A DNA stretch of 64,000 nucleotides from Bispira polyomma (Eukaryota): contig OZ287748.1 in NCBI GenBank assembly GCA_965649765.1, positions 40,424,001 to 40,488,000 on the forward strand, given 5' to 3'. Each line of letters opens with the position of its first letter. The stretch's first letter is position 1. Shown here piece after piece: positions 46,340-59,500 of this stretch. The position numbers and the translations under genes were made by a program. Under the pieces are notes generated by a model, which did no database searches, had not been told where the DNA came from, and was given only the letters and a program-made list of their open reading frames with translations.

Positions 46340-48580
46340 AATCAGCACTTTTGGTCAATATAAGCTCGAAAAGGAGCATCATTTCCAAGATAACAGACGT
46401 TTTCTAAAAAGACGCAGAAATTGAAGATGGTTGCCCAAATCAAAAATTACTTCAAAAATTTACATAAAAGGAAAATCAGCCCTATGAGTCGAAAAGGAGC
46501 TTGAAATTGCTCTATCTAGCACCGTTTCTGAGATAAAGGACATTTTCGAAAAAGACGCAGAAATTCAAGATGGCCGCCAAAATTGAATTTTTTTTAAAAG
46601 TTTACATATAAGCAAAATCAATCCAGTGGGTCGAAAATGAGCCCGAAATCGCTCTATCTAGCACCGTTTCCTGGCCGCCAAAATTGAAAATTTTTTAAAA
46701 GTTTACATATAAGCAAAATCAACCCTGTGCGTCGAAAATGAGCCCGAAATCGCTCTATCTAGCACCGTTTCCTGGCCGCCAAAATTGAAATTTTTTTAAA
46801 AGTTTACATATAAGCAAAATCAACCCGGTGCGTCGAAAATGAGCTCGAAATCGCTCTATCTAGCACCGTTTCGGAGAAAACGGACGTTTTCGAAAAAGAC
46901 GCAGAAATTCAAGATGGCCGCCAAAATTGAAATTTTTTTAAAAGTTTACATATAAGCAAAATAAACCTAGTGGGTCGCAAATGAGCTCGAAATCGCTCTA
47001 TCTAGCACTGTTTCCGAGATAACGGACGTTTTCGAAAAAGACGCAGAAAAATTCAAGATGGCCGCCAAAATTAAAATTTTTTTAAAGGTTTACATATAAG
47101 CAAAATCAACCCTGTAGATCGAAAATGAGCTCGAAATCGCTCTATCTAGCACCGTTTCCGAGATAACTGACGTTTTCGAAAAAGACGCAGAAATTCAAGA
47201 TGGCCGCCAAAATTGAAACTTTTTTAAAAGTTTACATATAAGAAAAATCAACCTTGTGGATCGAAAATGAGCTCGAAATCGCTCTATCTAGCACTGTTTC
47301 CGAGATAACGGACGTTTTCGAAAAAGACGCAGAAATTCAAGATGGCCGCCAAAATTAAAAATTTTTTAAAAGTTTACATACAGTAGAACCTCTATTATCC
47401 GACCCTCTATTATCTGACTATTCGATTTTACGGACTCAATTTCATTCTCCCAAAATTATTTTTTGCTACTGTTTTATACTAAAATGCCCCTTCTATTTTA
47501 CGGACCTTCTATTATCCAAACGAATTCTCACTCTCCCAATATGATCGGATAATTGAGGTTCTAATGTATAAGCCAAATCAACCCTGTGGATCGAAAATGA
47601 GCTCAAAATCGCTCTATCTAGCACCGTTTCAGAGATAATGGACATTTATAAAAAAAACCTTAATTTTTTAAATTAAAATCGTTTTATATCAGTAATGATC
47701 GCAGATTTTTGGATGGGGTAAAAAATAAATAAAAATTCAGGCTATTCTTTAAAAGTTACGCGCTGCATGTACTGGTCTAAAATTAAAAATAAAAAAAAAT
47801 CCTCACACGCTCAAAAAAGCACCCATCAACACATTTTTTTCCCCATTTTGTATGATTGATCGACCCTGTCAATCAGTCAATTATCACCAGATTGATCTAA
47901 AAATTTACGGACATCTATGCTTTGGTATTTGCAATGTGCATGCGAAATTTCACTGAACTATAACAAGTACTTCAAAAGAAAAAATGATAAAAGTGCAAGA
48001 TAAAGCAAAATAGAGCAAAATACTCATTTGAAGTACTCAGTACTCATTGAGTACTGGACTTAGAACTGTGAAATTTTTACATCATACATAAAATCAAAAA
48101 GTAGATGAATAACTTATACCAAGAAAAAGCCGAAATCCCAATAGTTTCCGATATAGCAAAAAAGTACCGATTTTTCACATTTCAATAAAAATCAATCGGT
48201 TGGCAATCGGTCAATTATCATCCGATTAATCTTATCGGCGTCTCCCGTCCTGAAAATTGCCTTACCAAGGTACATACCAAATTTCATTAAGCTATGATGA
48301 ATACTTTTTGAGAAAACCTAGTGACAAGCACTTTTACACCCCCAGGGTCACCTGACATTTAAGTAGGCCGAAGTTCAAAGCCAAGAATATGAAAAAAATT
48401 TCCCACTCCTGGTTAAGAGAACTGCCAAAAATAATTGTGATGCAGATAATATTGAAGGAGATATTCAAGGAAGACCATGCGGCGGCGGCACGGGCGGCGG
48501 CACGGGCGGCGGCACAGGCGGCGGCAGCGAGGAAACCAAGGGTGAAACCAAATAAGCGCCCTTTTCAAGGGACGCTTAAT
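46340..48580 (+). mobile_element. Helentron/HINE-like non-autonomous element with an internal ~142-145-bp tandem array
   Basis: About 9 units of TCGAAAATGAGCTCGAAATCGCTCTATCTAGCACCGTTTCCGAGATAACGGACG..CAAGATGGCCGCCAAAATTG (46340-47650). (GGCGGCGGCACG)n microsatellite at 48478-48530. Terminal hairpin AAGCGCCCTTTT-C-AAGGGACGCTT at 48553-48578. Confidence 0.75.
47381..47566. mobile_element. Tc1/pogo-like MITE inserted into the satellite array
   Basis: TIR CAGTAGAACCTCTATTATCCGA / TCGGATAATTGAGGTTCTAATG. TA target duplicated. The empty site GTTTACATATAAGC is present in the neighbouring units. Confidence 0.92.
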
Positions 48581-49564
48581 TAGTTAGTTACTTAGGGCTT
48601 AACTTCACTTTGCACATGTTTGTGTCATATCACAATGGGCAGTTCACTGGTGGCTGAAACCAGAACAGGGTAGTTGGTCAAGGTTTTCTGTTCTGCAAAC
48701 AACTAGTCTTCAGCAAGTTCACTGACAAATTCCCCACATACAGACCAGAGCTGAGATTTAAACCCACAACGGCAGAGGTTGGAAGAGAGTGTGTTACGAG
48801 TACACTGATGGCCCACTGAAGGGAAATTTAAAAGAAAAAGAGGTAGGTTTAACGTCACAAATACATCAGACTAATAAAGAATTATATAAATCACACTGTT
48901 ATTATCTTGCTAAATAATAGGAAATACATTGTTTAAGTATTAATAGTACATTAGGCTAACATATTAAGTAGAAATCTATAATTATTGTACACAACGAGAA
49001 CAGTTAAAGTTACTGGATCATATAAACAACATACATTAGTCTTGAAAAAGGCAAAATAAAAAAGTAAAAAAATTTTTATAGTATAAGAAAGTTACCATAT
49101 AAAATGTAAACAACACAAAAAGAATCAGTCATTTTGTTTTTTGTTTGATTAACACTAACAGACATAGCACATTAGTATATCACATGTTAATTTACCTGAA
49201 CACCCTATTAACAGTTATATATAAAAAAACATAACAACAATTTGGTTTTAATACAAATTAAGTTAAACTAACACTCAAATATCCAAAACTACAAAAAGCA
49301 TACCTGTAATAATTAACGTGGTTACGATATTCAGCAACTAATAACTAACTCTTAAGCTATATAAATTCTATCTCTTAACTATGTAGGATTCAACTGTAAA
49401 TTGAAAGCCAAAAAAACAACACTTACATATCACATGTTAATTCAACTCAACACTACTCAGTGTTATATATAACTATACCTATCTAGCAAATATGTTTCAT
49501 GAATAAAATTTTTGAGTTACAAAAATAGATGAAACATGATTATATACATCTAAACTTAATAATA

Positions 49565-49740
49565 CAGTCAACCCTCCTTAAGTAGAACTCTGTTAAGTTG
49601 ATTTCTCTATTAGGTGGAGAAAATCTGAAGTCCAACAAAAGCCTTCTCTTCTGAAATCTACCCTGTTTAAGTGGAAATCCTGCTTAACTTGTATTATTTT
49701 TCCTTGTCCCTTGAGGTTTGACTAAAAGAGGGTTCAACGG
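49565..49740. mobile_element. Second CAGT-terminated MITE family (CAGT.GAACCC..CTTAAGTAGAA); related copies at ~32640-32990, 59231-59400 and 63775-63934
   Basis: ta-CAGTCAACCCTC ... GAGGGTTCAACGG-ta. Confidence 0.6.
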
Positions 49741-50114
49741 TATATGGTATAATTATGGTATAACTGCTGTTGAAGATATTTTAAGACAGTCTCCAAAATT
49801 TACAAATTTCAGCAATAATTTGGTCATAAGCAAAAAGCTAAATTGAAAAAATTTTATTGTAATTTATCTTTTTGTAAGATAAATACTTACCTTATCCTCA
49901 CTAAGTGCTTTTATTCATTTTGAATAATTGCTCGACCAAAAGTCTTTTTTATAAAGACTATTCTTGTTTCTTAATTTTTACTCTCAACCAACAAAGAGGC
50001 CCGCGCATGCGCAGGAAGTGTTGTCACTTCTGTTAGTGCTAGCACGCCTCAGATTCAATTTTGGAAAGCCTGGCCACACAAATAAGTGGGGTTTGGTGGG
50101 TGGGCATCTGACTT

Positions 50115-50216
50115 GTGAGGATAAGGTAAGTATTTATCTTACAAAAAGATAAATTACAATAAAATTTTTTCATTTTATTGCGATAAATATCCTTACCTTA
50201 TCCTCACTAAGTGCTT
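50115..50216. other. DIRS internal complementary region (ICR)
   Basis: The first half is the reverse complement of 49844-49901; the second half is the reverse complement of 55565-55607. Confidence 0.93.
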
Positions 50217-50699
50217 GATTACAACCTTTATGGTGGAGGGTATTTGTGTGACAGAGCCTCACTTAAAGGATTTATTGTAATGCACTTTGTCGAGAGTAAT
50301 TAAGAAACTTGAGTTGTGGAAGGAACTTAGAGATAGTTAGGTCAGCTATTACATAGGCCTACTGTAATTCCCTAGTCTAACTCCCTGTAACTCTTAGAGT
50401 AGAAATCAGAAATTATTAGGTAAACGTTTCATAGGAATACCTTAAACAAGACTATTCTTACTCATTGTACTATACTGTACTAGTACTATCGTGTATTTCA
50501 TTGTACTTGACTTTGTCGAGGACAAGATGTGTGAAAGTGAATAACACTATAGAAATACACCAACAGCAATGATCAAGTAATAATATCTAAGGTTTACATT
50601 AATCAAAAACTATTGAGAATAAATCATAATACAAGAACAAAACACTGACATAAAGATTGAAAGATAGCATCTATGGCGTACCTTCATCAAACTAATAGT

Positions 50700-51960
50700 G
50701 CTGTCCATGACACACAAGCATCTGTACAGGTGCTGAAAGATGGTGTGTGGTCAAATAGGTGCAACCATCTAACCATCCAGTATGAACAGTCATAGAGATG
50801 GCACCCAAAACCTCCCAAGCAGGACACAACCACTTAAACTATATCACGAGGCCTGCAAAGAAGGGAGACAACATGTATAAGTCATCAGCATATGGTGAAG
50901 ACACAGAAAAAACTGTAAATGCTCACACAGAAACATTGCAGTAGACTCAATACAAAAAGAAGTCCCAACCCCAGTAATATTATTTTTCGTGGGTGATGAG
51001 AACCTCAAAGTAACACCTGATCTAGTCTTGTGGAAGACATAGGTTCTAGTCATGTAGTCTATTGATATAACATAACAGTCATAGATACAGTGACAAATTG
51101 TGTAAAATGTCCAAACACAACCATTTAGGAAGTTAGGACACAAGTAGACTGAGTCGGGCAGAAGCAGCCCTTAGTATCAAACCAGTGAAACTGCTAACCT
51201 TAAAGGCTAAAGAGGCAGTCATAGCTCTTCACTATGTGCCTTAACCTGACAAAGGTTCTCAATCGCAGTGTCTACAAACTGACAAGCCAACAAGATTGTC
51301 TGTTTTAGCCCAGATGAAAAGGTAATTCTTTGTATAACTTTGCTAAAACTTCCCCTGTAGGCAACTCCTGAGGGCACTTGAGATTGAATCTCAGAGAACT
51401 CAGAAGATAGGAGGTGAAAAACTCCAGTGAAGCTTTCATCCAACAACAGCCTAAAAGCTGAGATAAAAACAGGCTTAACTTTAACTAAGTCTAGACTTCG
51501 AGAAGTCAACTGGTTCTGAACCAAAACACAAGAGAGAGAGATACAATAGTCTCATTCCAATGTGGTTTAAACTTGAGAGAAGAGAAGGTCCATGCATGAA
51601 GTTCCCCTCTTCTCTTTCATGAGGCAATAAGAAATAAGGTTTAGAAAGAAACCAGTTTCAAAGAAGCCTCTTTCATAGGATCAAATGGAGGCTTGGTCAA
51701 AGCTAGTAGCACCAATGACAAGTCCCAAGAAGGAAAACCTCTATCTATCACAGGTTTGTCACTATAAAAACTGGCTAGAAGTCTATTTAGTTCAAGACTT
51801 TAAGACTTCTAGTCCTTCCAATCCCAAGTGATCTGCAAAAGATGTGTAAGAACTATCCATAGTTGCAGATTTTAGATTTCTTTGTTGAAAGAACGGTAAG
51901 GTCCACCTCGATTCATACACTCGTCCAGAGGATAGTCTCTGAGGTGTCTTAATTAGATCC
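50700..51960 (-). pseudogene. Degenerate DIRS tyrosine recombinase ORF
   Basis: PSWDLSLVL..PPFDP, TLFLIAS*KRR and LCP motifs, interrupted by stops and frameshifts. Boundaries are approximate. Confidence 0.75.
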
Positions 51961-54039
51961 TCCACTGATCTGAGTACTGAAAATCAGTTTCAATTGTTTT
52001 CTAGTACCCAAACATGGAGATACAGATATGGAACATTCTGTAGGTAACTGTGCCCAAAACGTTGGCTGAGCCAACAAGACCACTGGGTATGAAAACTGGT
52101 GGTCTGACCGATAGGTCCACCAGATCCCACAACAAGGTCATGCCTAGCTAGACCATCATTCATAACTGGTCTGTTTGCAGTTTTTGAATGTGTATCCACC
52201 AAACCAGGAGACACATCTCTAAAGAATGAGTTCCTGTTGTCTGTTCAAATAAGCTACATCATTCATGACTGGTCTGTTTGCAGTTTTTGAATGTGTTTCC
52301 ACCAAACCAGGAGACACAGCTCTAAAGAGTGTGGTCCTGATATTTGTTCAGATAAGCTACTACTAAGCACTGTCCGTGGCTAGGAGAAACTTATATTCCC
52401 AGTATCTGACTGGTAAATGCCTTGAGTGCAAGTAGGATATTTTTAGGCAAGCTTGTGTCTAGACCTGAGCATACACCACTGGCTGCCAAATCGGCTGGAT
52501 GTGACCAACCTGTGTTGGAAGCGTCTATAAATAAGAGAAGATTGTGCTCTCTTGGATGCAAAAATTTCCTCTACCAAGATATTTAAGGGTATTCCCACCA
52601 TTAAAAATTGTATCTTAAATGGTCGGTTACCGGTATCTGGATGTCCAGTGACTGAGGAAATCGTCAAATGGATTTTAGGTACCGAATGATACTGTCCTCT
52701 CCAGACTGGCCAACACCCATCAATGACTTTAACATTCTGGATATCATGAATCGAGAAATTGTCACCAATAACATGGCTTATGACAAAATCGAACACTTCT
52801 GTTTCGATTGGGCCGAAGTTCTGATTCCCCAAAGGTAACCACTAAGTCAAATTGTGGAACTGTGGAAAAAACATCATTGAATCTCAATTCACCTTTCTAC
52901 TAGCGATGGAGACCGAATCAGCTAGGCAGTCGACAAGCTAGGGCTGATGAATCTGAAACCCTTAGTAACGAGTGTGTAGGATTCAAAATTCTGTTTGAAT
53001 AAATTGACGAAACCAGTCGAAATTCCTTTGAATAAATTGACGAAACCAGTCGAAATCCCTTGTCAGGAAAAATGGAAACCATCGAATGCTGTTCACATGG
53101 ATTCAATCCTTCACGACAGCGACTCCGATGAATCTGTGCCAAGCTGAATTCATAAGGATATGAAAATAAGCATCTAACACCACCCAGTACACAAAAATGG
53201 CCTGAAAAAATGGAAATTTCATTGATCTGCAAAAGACAAGACCTGTCTTGTAAGTGACTGTCATTAGGAGTCAGGTATTCCGCACAGCGAATCCGGGACG
53301 AATCTGGGCGAATCCGAATCAATAAGGATATGAAAAGTGACGAAACTGCTTCCGCCAACATGTAACTGCCGAAAATCTGCCATTATCGCCCATGGAGTGA
53401 TGATTCTTCGCTACGAATTCTATGAATCTCTGCGAATCTGAATCTTTGAATTTATAAGAATATGAGAAGACGTTAAAACGCCCCAAATATACCTATTTCG
53501 GCTAAAGAACGCTGCAAAATGCGCAAATCTCTGCCCCATCGCCACGTGGATTTGGACAGCTAGAGGGCGAGTTCTCTCTTCACCTCGCCATTAGTATTGA
53601 ACTCGAAAGAAGAGATATAAAAGCCAGACTTACCCCATCCAGGGGTTCTGTAGTCGTAATCCTTGTACACAATTTTGTCACAGCTATTTGCAAATAGATA
53701 TCCATTTTCGGTGTTGTGAAACCGTGAAGAACTTTCCCCAAATCTCATTATTTTTCAAAGGTTTGGGTACTAAAATATTCAGCTGTAAAACCCCAAAGTT
53801 TTTGAATGGTTTACCTTGCAAATCACTCGTTTTTCTAGCATTTGGGCCACACATTCTTTGAGAAACGCTTGCTTCTTTTTGTCTTTGTAACCGCTCAAAA
53901 CATTCGGGTGTCTGATTAACGACATTCTGATTTTCGGCAATATTTGGTACTCATATCTCAGAATTTGCACAACTCGAGGATGGCACTTTAAATTTTCCCA
54001 TACCTGCTAAGCGGCGCCCACCAGATCTTTGATTGTCAC

Positions 54040-55312
54040 GTACGCCGCCCACTGCCTCTTCCACCACGTGTGCTGTTGGTCTGGCCCTGGTAACTGGAGG
54101 ACTTCTTAAAGTCGGTACCACGCCCCTTCGACCAATTCTGGTTGGGCTTGAAGATAGTATTCTTACTGTGATAAGTGGCCTGGTAAGTCTGCTTGTTGTG
54201 TGCTGATTTAGAATCAGAATACCTGGGTCTGGGTACCAGTGGACGTATCCACTGTAGTCTGGTGGGCTCATCTTCCTTCACAAATCAGCCAAAGCTAGTA
54301 AGTTAGCGTCAGATTCTAAGAGAGTCTTGTATAAAGCCCTTATAAAATGTGATACATAACTCAGTACCAGAACGTTCTCCCTCAACACAGTTTCCATCTG
54401 GGCGACCTGTTTCATTGGAATTTGTACGTTATAAGGCTATGTGGTGTTTTTCGCCATGATACATTTGAAGGCGTCCTGGCACTTCGGCGCTGTGAGCGAA
54501 AATGCATTAGAGGTCGATCGGTAGAACCTCATGGCTGGTCTCGAGTAGTTGATAAAACACCTATGTTAATGGGCGTAGAATCGAGAACTTCAGTGTTCTT
54601 AGGATCGGCAAGTCCCGCAGCCCGGTGTCATAAAATTTCCATCGAGACACCACTTAGTCAAACTGGAGGCAGAATGAGGGGAAGAACTGGCGATTTTGTA
54701 CTTCTATCTCTGTTTCCAAAGATTTAGCAGGCTTGGTGCTGGGTTCTGATGGTGATTCTAATTCCAGCAAAGATCTCACTGTCCCCAAACGTTGTCTATA
54801 AGAGGGGACCTCCTATTTCTCTGCCACATGGACAGCCTGGTCATTTGTCTGGTCATCATCCATGGGTGACTCAGATCTCTTCCTTCTACGTCTAGAAGCA
54901 TGATATTCTTCTTCTAAATCATAACTTCTCCCGAAAGTACTGGTTTTTGAGGCTCGGCCTCTACCTTCTACTTTCTCTAGACGTTCAGATAGTTTACCTA
55001 GCTCAGCTAGTATTTGTAGAAGAGGGTCATCTTTCTTCGTTGAAGGTGGAGATACCTCATCCAGAAGGCTATCATCTGTGATGTGAGGAGCAGGAAGCTT
55101 GTGAAACTTAAGTTTCCAAGCCTGAAGACGTCTGGTCTGGTCAGAAGTCATCTGCATACAAATGTAGCAGTCCTCAGGACTGGAAGTTACGCAGACATCA
55201 GCCTCAAGCCCCTTGTCTCTGCAAGACTATGATGGACAAAAAAGTAGACCTCGTGTCCACACTTCGGGGCAAACCTCTGGGTGGAAACAGAAAACAGTTC
55301 GTTTCCCGCCAT
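54040..55312 (-). pseudogene. Degenerate DIRS gag-like ORF1
   Basis: N-terminal Cys/His cluster, coiled-coil LLQILAELGKLSERLEKVE, and basic RG-rich C-terminus (RGRGTDFKK..RGGRGSGRR). Confidence 0.7.
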
Positions 55313-56578
55313 GCCACAGTCAAATACTCATAAAAAAAGAAAACCCTATCTTGAAAACGGTCAATATGGTAAATTGGCCGAGCAAAAAGGAGGTCTGATC
55401 AGTCGGACGACCAAAATGAATCTGAGGCGTGCTAGCACTAACAGAAGTGACAACACTTCCTGCGCATGCGTGGGCCTCTTTGTCGGTTGAGAATAAAAAT
55501 TAAGAAACAAGAATAGTCTTTATAAAAAAGACATTTGGTCGAGCAATTATTCAAAATGAATAAAAGCACTTAGTGAGGATAAGGTAAGGATATTTATCGC
55601 AATAAAAAAATGCTGTGTATTTGTGAATTCTGTCCGGTTCATGGAATACATAATGTATTGTTTTGAGTTTCATTTTAAATAACACAATAATTTTTATCTA
55701 TCTTCTGTTTACCTGATCATTGATACACGTCATTAATTTTAAGACAACTAGTAGTTTTTTGAGTAAGCAGGAAGTTGGATAAAGGAAATGCATATTCCTT
55801 TAACTTCGTGCAGGTGTGCAAAATGGGTGAAATTTAGAGATTTTGTTTAAAAGTCTATTTGACATTCGCAACATATTAGGAAATGAACATAATTATAGAG
55901 AAGAAATACATTTAAACAAATCTGAGGTGAACTACACCAGTCAATGTTAGTTTGTACAGTATCTCAGCATTTCACTTTTGAGATATCTATTTATTTCCCA
56001 CATTATTGGTCTAGCACTGCTGTGATGGATTGCAGTTGATTTTACATGCTTTAGAATAAAAGAAAAGATAAAACTTTGAATCGAAATTAATGATTGTTGC
56101 TGGCAATAGTTTTTTATTCTGAACGTTAATACATGCCAGAATATTTTAGTAAAATCTTTGATTATCACCCATCGGATAGTTATAACAGAAATATGAAGGA
56201 CATCAGTTTGAACAGGTTAATCTAGATATTATTTATAAACAGTTCAGATAATCAGGGTTCTTCTGTACATGTATATACAAACAAGCTGTATAACTGAAAA
56301 GTTTAGAAGAAAATTTCACTAGCTTACAGATTTTGAGAAGGTTGCTTGAATCAATATTCACAATTGGCAATTTTTAGTTAAAATATCAATACATGCTCAA
56401 ATTTTGACCGGGATAGAATTTTTACTAGCTGAAGTCAGTAGCCACAATAAAATCATAGTACAAAAATTCATTCCTAGTAAAAAATTTCACTTCTACAGTG
56501 TTCTCTAGCTCTATCAAATATCATGTATTGTCATGTTCCATCTTCCAATGTTGAGGAGGGGGGCAGCCCTAAGTCTCC

Positions 56579-59500
56579 TCAGTGTTCAGAGTTTGACACT
56601 TCGGTGGTGTTGAGTTCTTCGCCCACAGGGTGCTCCACTGAGTACCTACACCACAAAACACAACACACCCATTACACTCAATCACAAAGGTTACATTGTG
56701 ACGCTTTGATGACAGACAAAGGGAGACACTGCGCCAAGTATCAATTTGTACACAATACAGTCTTGTAATTACAGCCATAACTGTAAACTAGATACAGATC
56801 TCCATTTAAGTTTTAAATACAAAAATGTAATAAATTTGCCCATTACAATTTTGTACAATAAGACTGTTGAATTGCTTATTTTTTGGTTTAACAATTTTTG
56901 CTTTTGCCTTTTGATATAGACAGTTTTAGAATCTAAAACAAACATAATAGTGTTATCTGATTTGCTGTCTTTAATACTAACAATACTTCAAACAAGAAAA
57001 CGTTTGTTTTTTGTGTAAAATATCCCTGTAAAAAAACTAGCCCTGCAGAACTTTAAAATATTTACTATTTCCTAACAAGGCGAGTCCCACCCTCCTTCCT
57101 GGAAGTCAGTAGTTACGATAGGCTGTCTTGCAACAAAAAAAAATGATAAAGATGACCTATATATTGGGGTTCTCACATGATCCTGAAGGGAGGGCTGACT
57201 ATTGTCCACTACACATATACCACAAATTCACTGATATGCTTAAGCTAGCATAGAATGTTTTATCTTTGTTGGCCAGTAACTTGGACAGTTCCAACATATA
57301 GCAATAGTTAAGGATTGGTAAGTGCAATTTTTTGCATTAAAAGAACATGATCATAGAATTGTGTACCTCAGTTTTAGCTCAATCTGCTTGCCACCAGCAA
57401 TCACCAAGGTCCATTCCACATTGTTGTGCTTGTTGATCTTCACATTTTGTGGAGTCTTGTCATTGCTTTTAATCACTGGTTCCAGTAAGTTCACCTTTTA
57501 TTGGCAAAAATTAACTATTAGTCAAATGTTATTATTGTCACTATATTGAATATATAGTTGAGGTTTATTTAGACAAAAGAGTTAAGCATTTTACAACTGG
57601 CAGAAGAAAGGTTGGTTCTTAACCCCCCCTTTGCCACCAAAAGAGCGGTATTCTACTACACCATGAGAAAATACTTTGACACACTCTGATGACATCACAA
57701 ATGAGGTTTTTGAACAACTAATGACATCACAAATGAAAAGATATATTGCTATTTATGTTAAAAGCAGTGTAGCAGCATGTTATTTCTGTGTTTTCAGAGA
57801 GTTATACAATAACGTCAGGACTGGTGAGGAGGGAGATATATTAACTGCGTACCTTGATCTTTTCCTCCATACTCTGTGGTAACTGGTCACTGAGCATGAT
57901 GTCTACTTTATCCCTGTGTGTATTGGTCTGGTTTAGAGGGGGGGATTTTAGGAGGGAGATATATTAACTGCCTACCTTGATCTTTTCCTCCATATTCTGT
58001 GGTAACTGGTCACTGAGCATGATGTCTACTTTATCCCTGTGTATTGGTCTGGTTTAGAGGGGGGGATTTTAGGAGGGAGATATATTAACTGCCTACCTTG
58101 ATCTTTTCCTCCATACTCTGTGGTAACTGGTCACTGAGCATGATGTCTACTTTATCCCTGTGTATTGGTCTGGTTTAGAGGGGGGGATTTTAGGAGGGAG
58201 ATATATTTACTGCCTACCTTAATCTTTTCCTCCATACTCTGTGGTAACTGGTCACTGAGCATGATGTCTACTTTGTCCTTGTGTTTATTGTGGATCTCTA
58301 TCACCTGTTTGTACGTAGTGGTGTGTACCTTGGACCACAGTCCAGACTTCTCATGGAACTTGTGCAGGGGTTTGTAGGTCACCTTGATTGACTGGTCAAT
58401 TCCCAGAGAACACTCAAACTCCTCCCCTGGACTGACTGCTTTCAGCGAGGCCTAGGTTATTTAAACGTAGACTAGGAGTTCTAACATACAAATATATTGG
58501 CATCTTAGTGTGACACCACAAGAATATGCAAATACACATATAAGAAATAGAGCGAGTGTTCTTGTTATTGAAGGAAAAGCCAAAACTATATGTTGCTTTG
58601 GCAACAAAGTGATCTCAAGAAAGCTGTAGTCATTACAAATCCACAAATCAAATATACACCGCCAGCAGTTTTCTCTGAAATTAACAAAAACTCTCAAAAA
58701 TACTTGACGCCCTGCAGTTACACAGATGAAATTTAACTTTTTAACTCACCTTAGAAACAAAGTTGTTGTCCAAGAAGATATTGCTGGGTCCTGGCAGTAG
58801 CGCATACTGGGAGGTGTTCTTTACCTTGGCAGTCAGGTAGGCAAATGTAGACAATTTGGGGACACACTGGTACTGGAAGTCTGGCGCCAGGTCTATCAGA
58901 GCTACAGACACTTTGTGGTCAGTGTTATCTGCAGGGATACTGGTCAACCTGGCAATCTCAAACACAGCACTGGTCACACTTTCATGGACCTATGAGAAAA
59001 AAAGCAAAAAAAAAAACCTAAAGAAAGTAAAAATCTTCCCAATTTAATTTACAAAAACAACAGCAGAAAAATAAACTATCCAATAGAACCTCTATTATCC
59101 AAACACAATAGAACCTCTATTATCCAAACACAATAGAACCTCTATTATCCAAACTCAAAATTTTGTGTGGATAACAGAATATGCCTGTAATGGAAGATGC
59201 CTTTAGTATGAATTAACAGGAATATTTACACAGTTGAAACATTTTAAGTGGAACTCTGTTAAGCAAATTTTTCCTTTAACAGGAACAAAAACCTGCAGTC
59301 CCATAAGGTTTTTCCCCTAACAATCTCTCCTGGCAAGTAACAATCCTGCATAAGTAAAGGTATTTCTTCTGGTCCCAGGAAGTTCAATTTACATTAACTG
59401 TATTTGGGTATGAGTGTAAATCAGTCCATAAAATTGAATATTTGGAGAGCAGAAATTTTGCCATTAGAGGTTCCACTAATGATATTGTATTAGATTTTTT

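Larger units (their letters stand above)
49844..55607 (-). mobile_element. DIRS1-type tyrosine-recombinase retrotransposon, full length in cis, coding regions degenerate
   Basis: ITRs at ~49885-50064 and ~55411-55588, and an ICR at 50115-50216 complementary to both termini. Gag-like Cys cluster (CGH..CRDKG..C..C..C) from 55312. RT start GFYS.IFLVPKP (~53790-53760). RNase H LFIDASNTGW (~52545-52515). Tyrosine recombinase PSWDLSLVLLALTKPPFDP (~51740-51680). Confidence 0.95.

Noticed and set aside
48389-48583. Ala-rich 64-aa ORF
   Set aside because: It is the translation of the GGC-rich microsatellite at the end of a repeat element.
52940-52965. CTGATGA-atct-GAAAC resembling a hammerhead ribozyme core
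   Set aside because: No stem II, and I could not find stem I/III pairing around a cleavage triplet.
56739-56780. Alternative last exon (SYGCNYKTVLCTN) for the DUF4139 gene
   Set aside because: The exon at 56645-56579 gives the family-like YSVEHP ending; there is no support for the alternative without RNA data.
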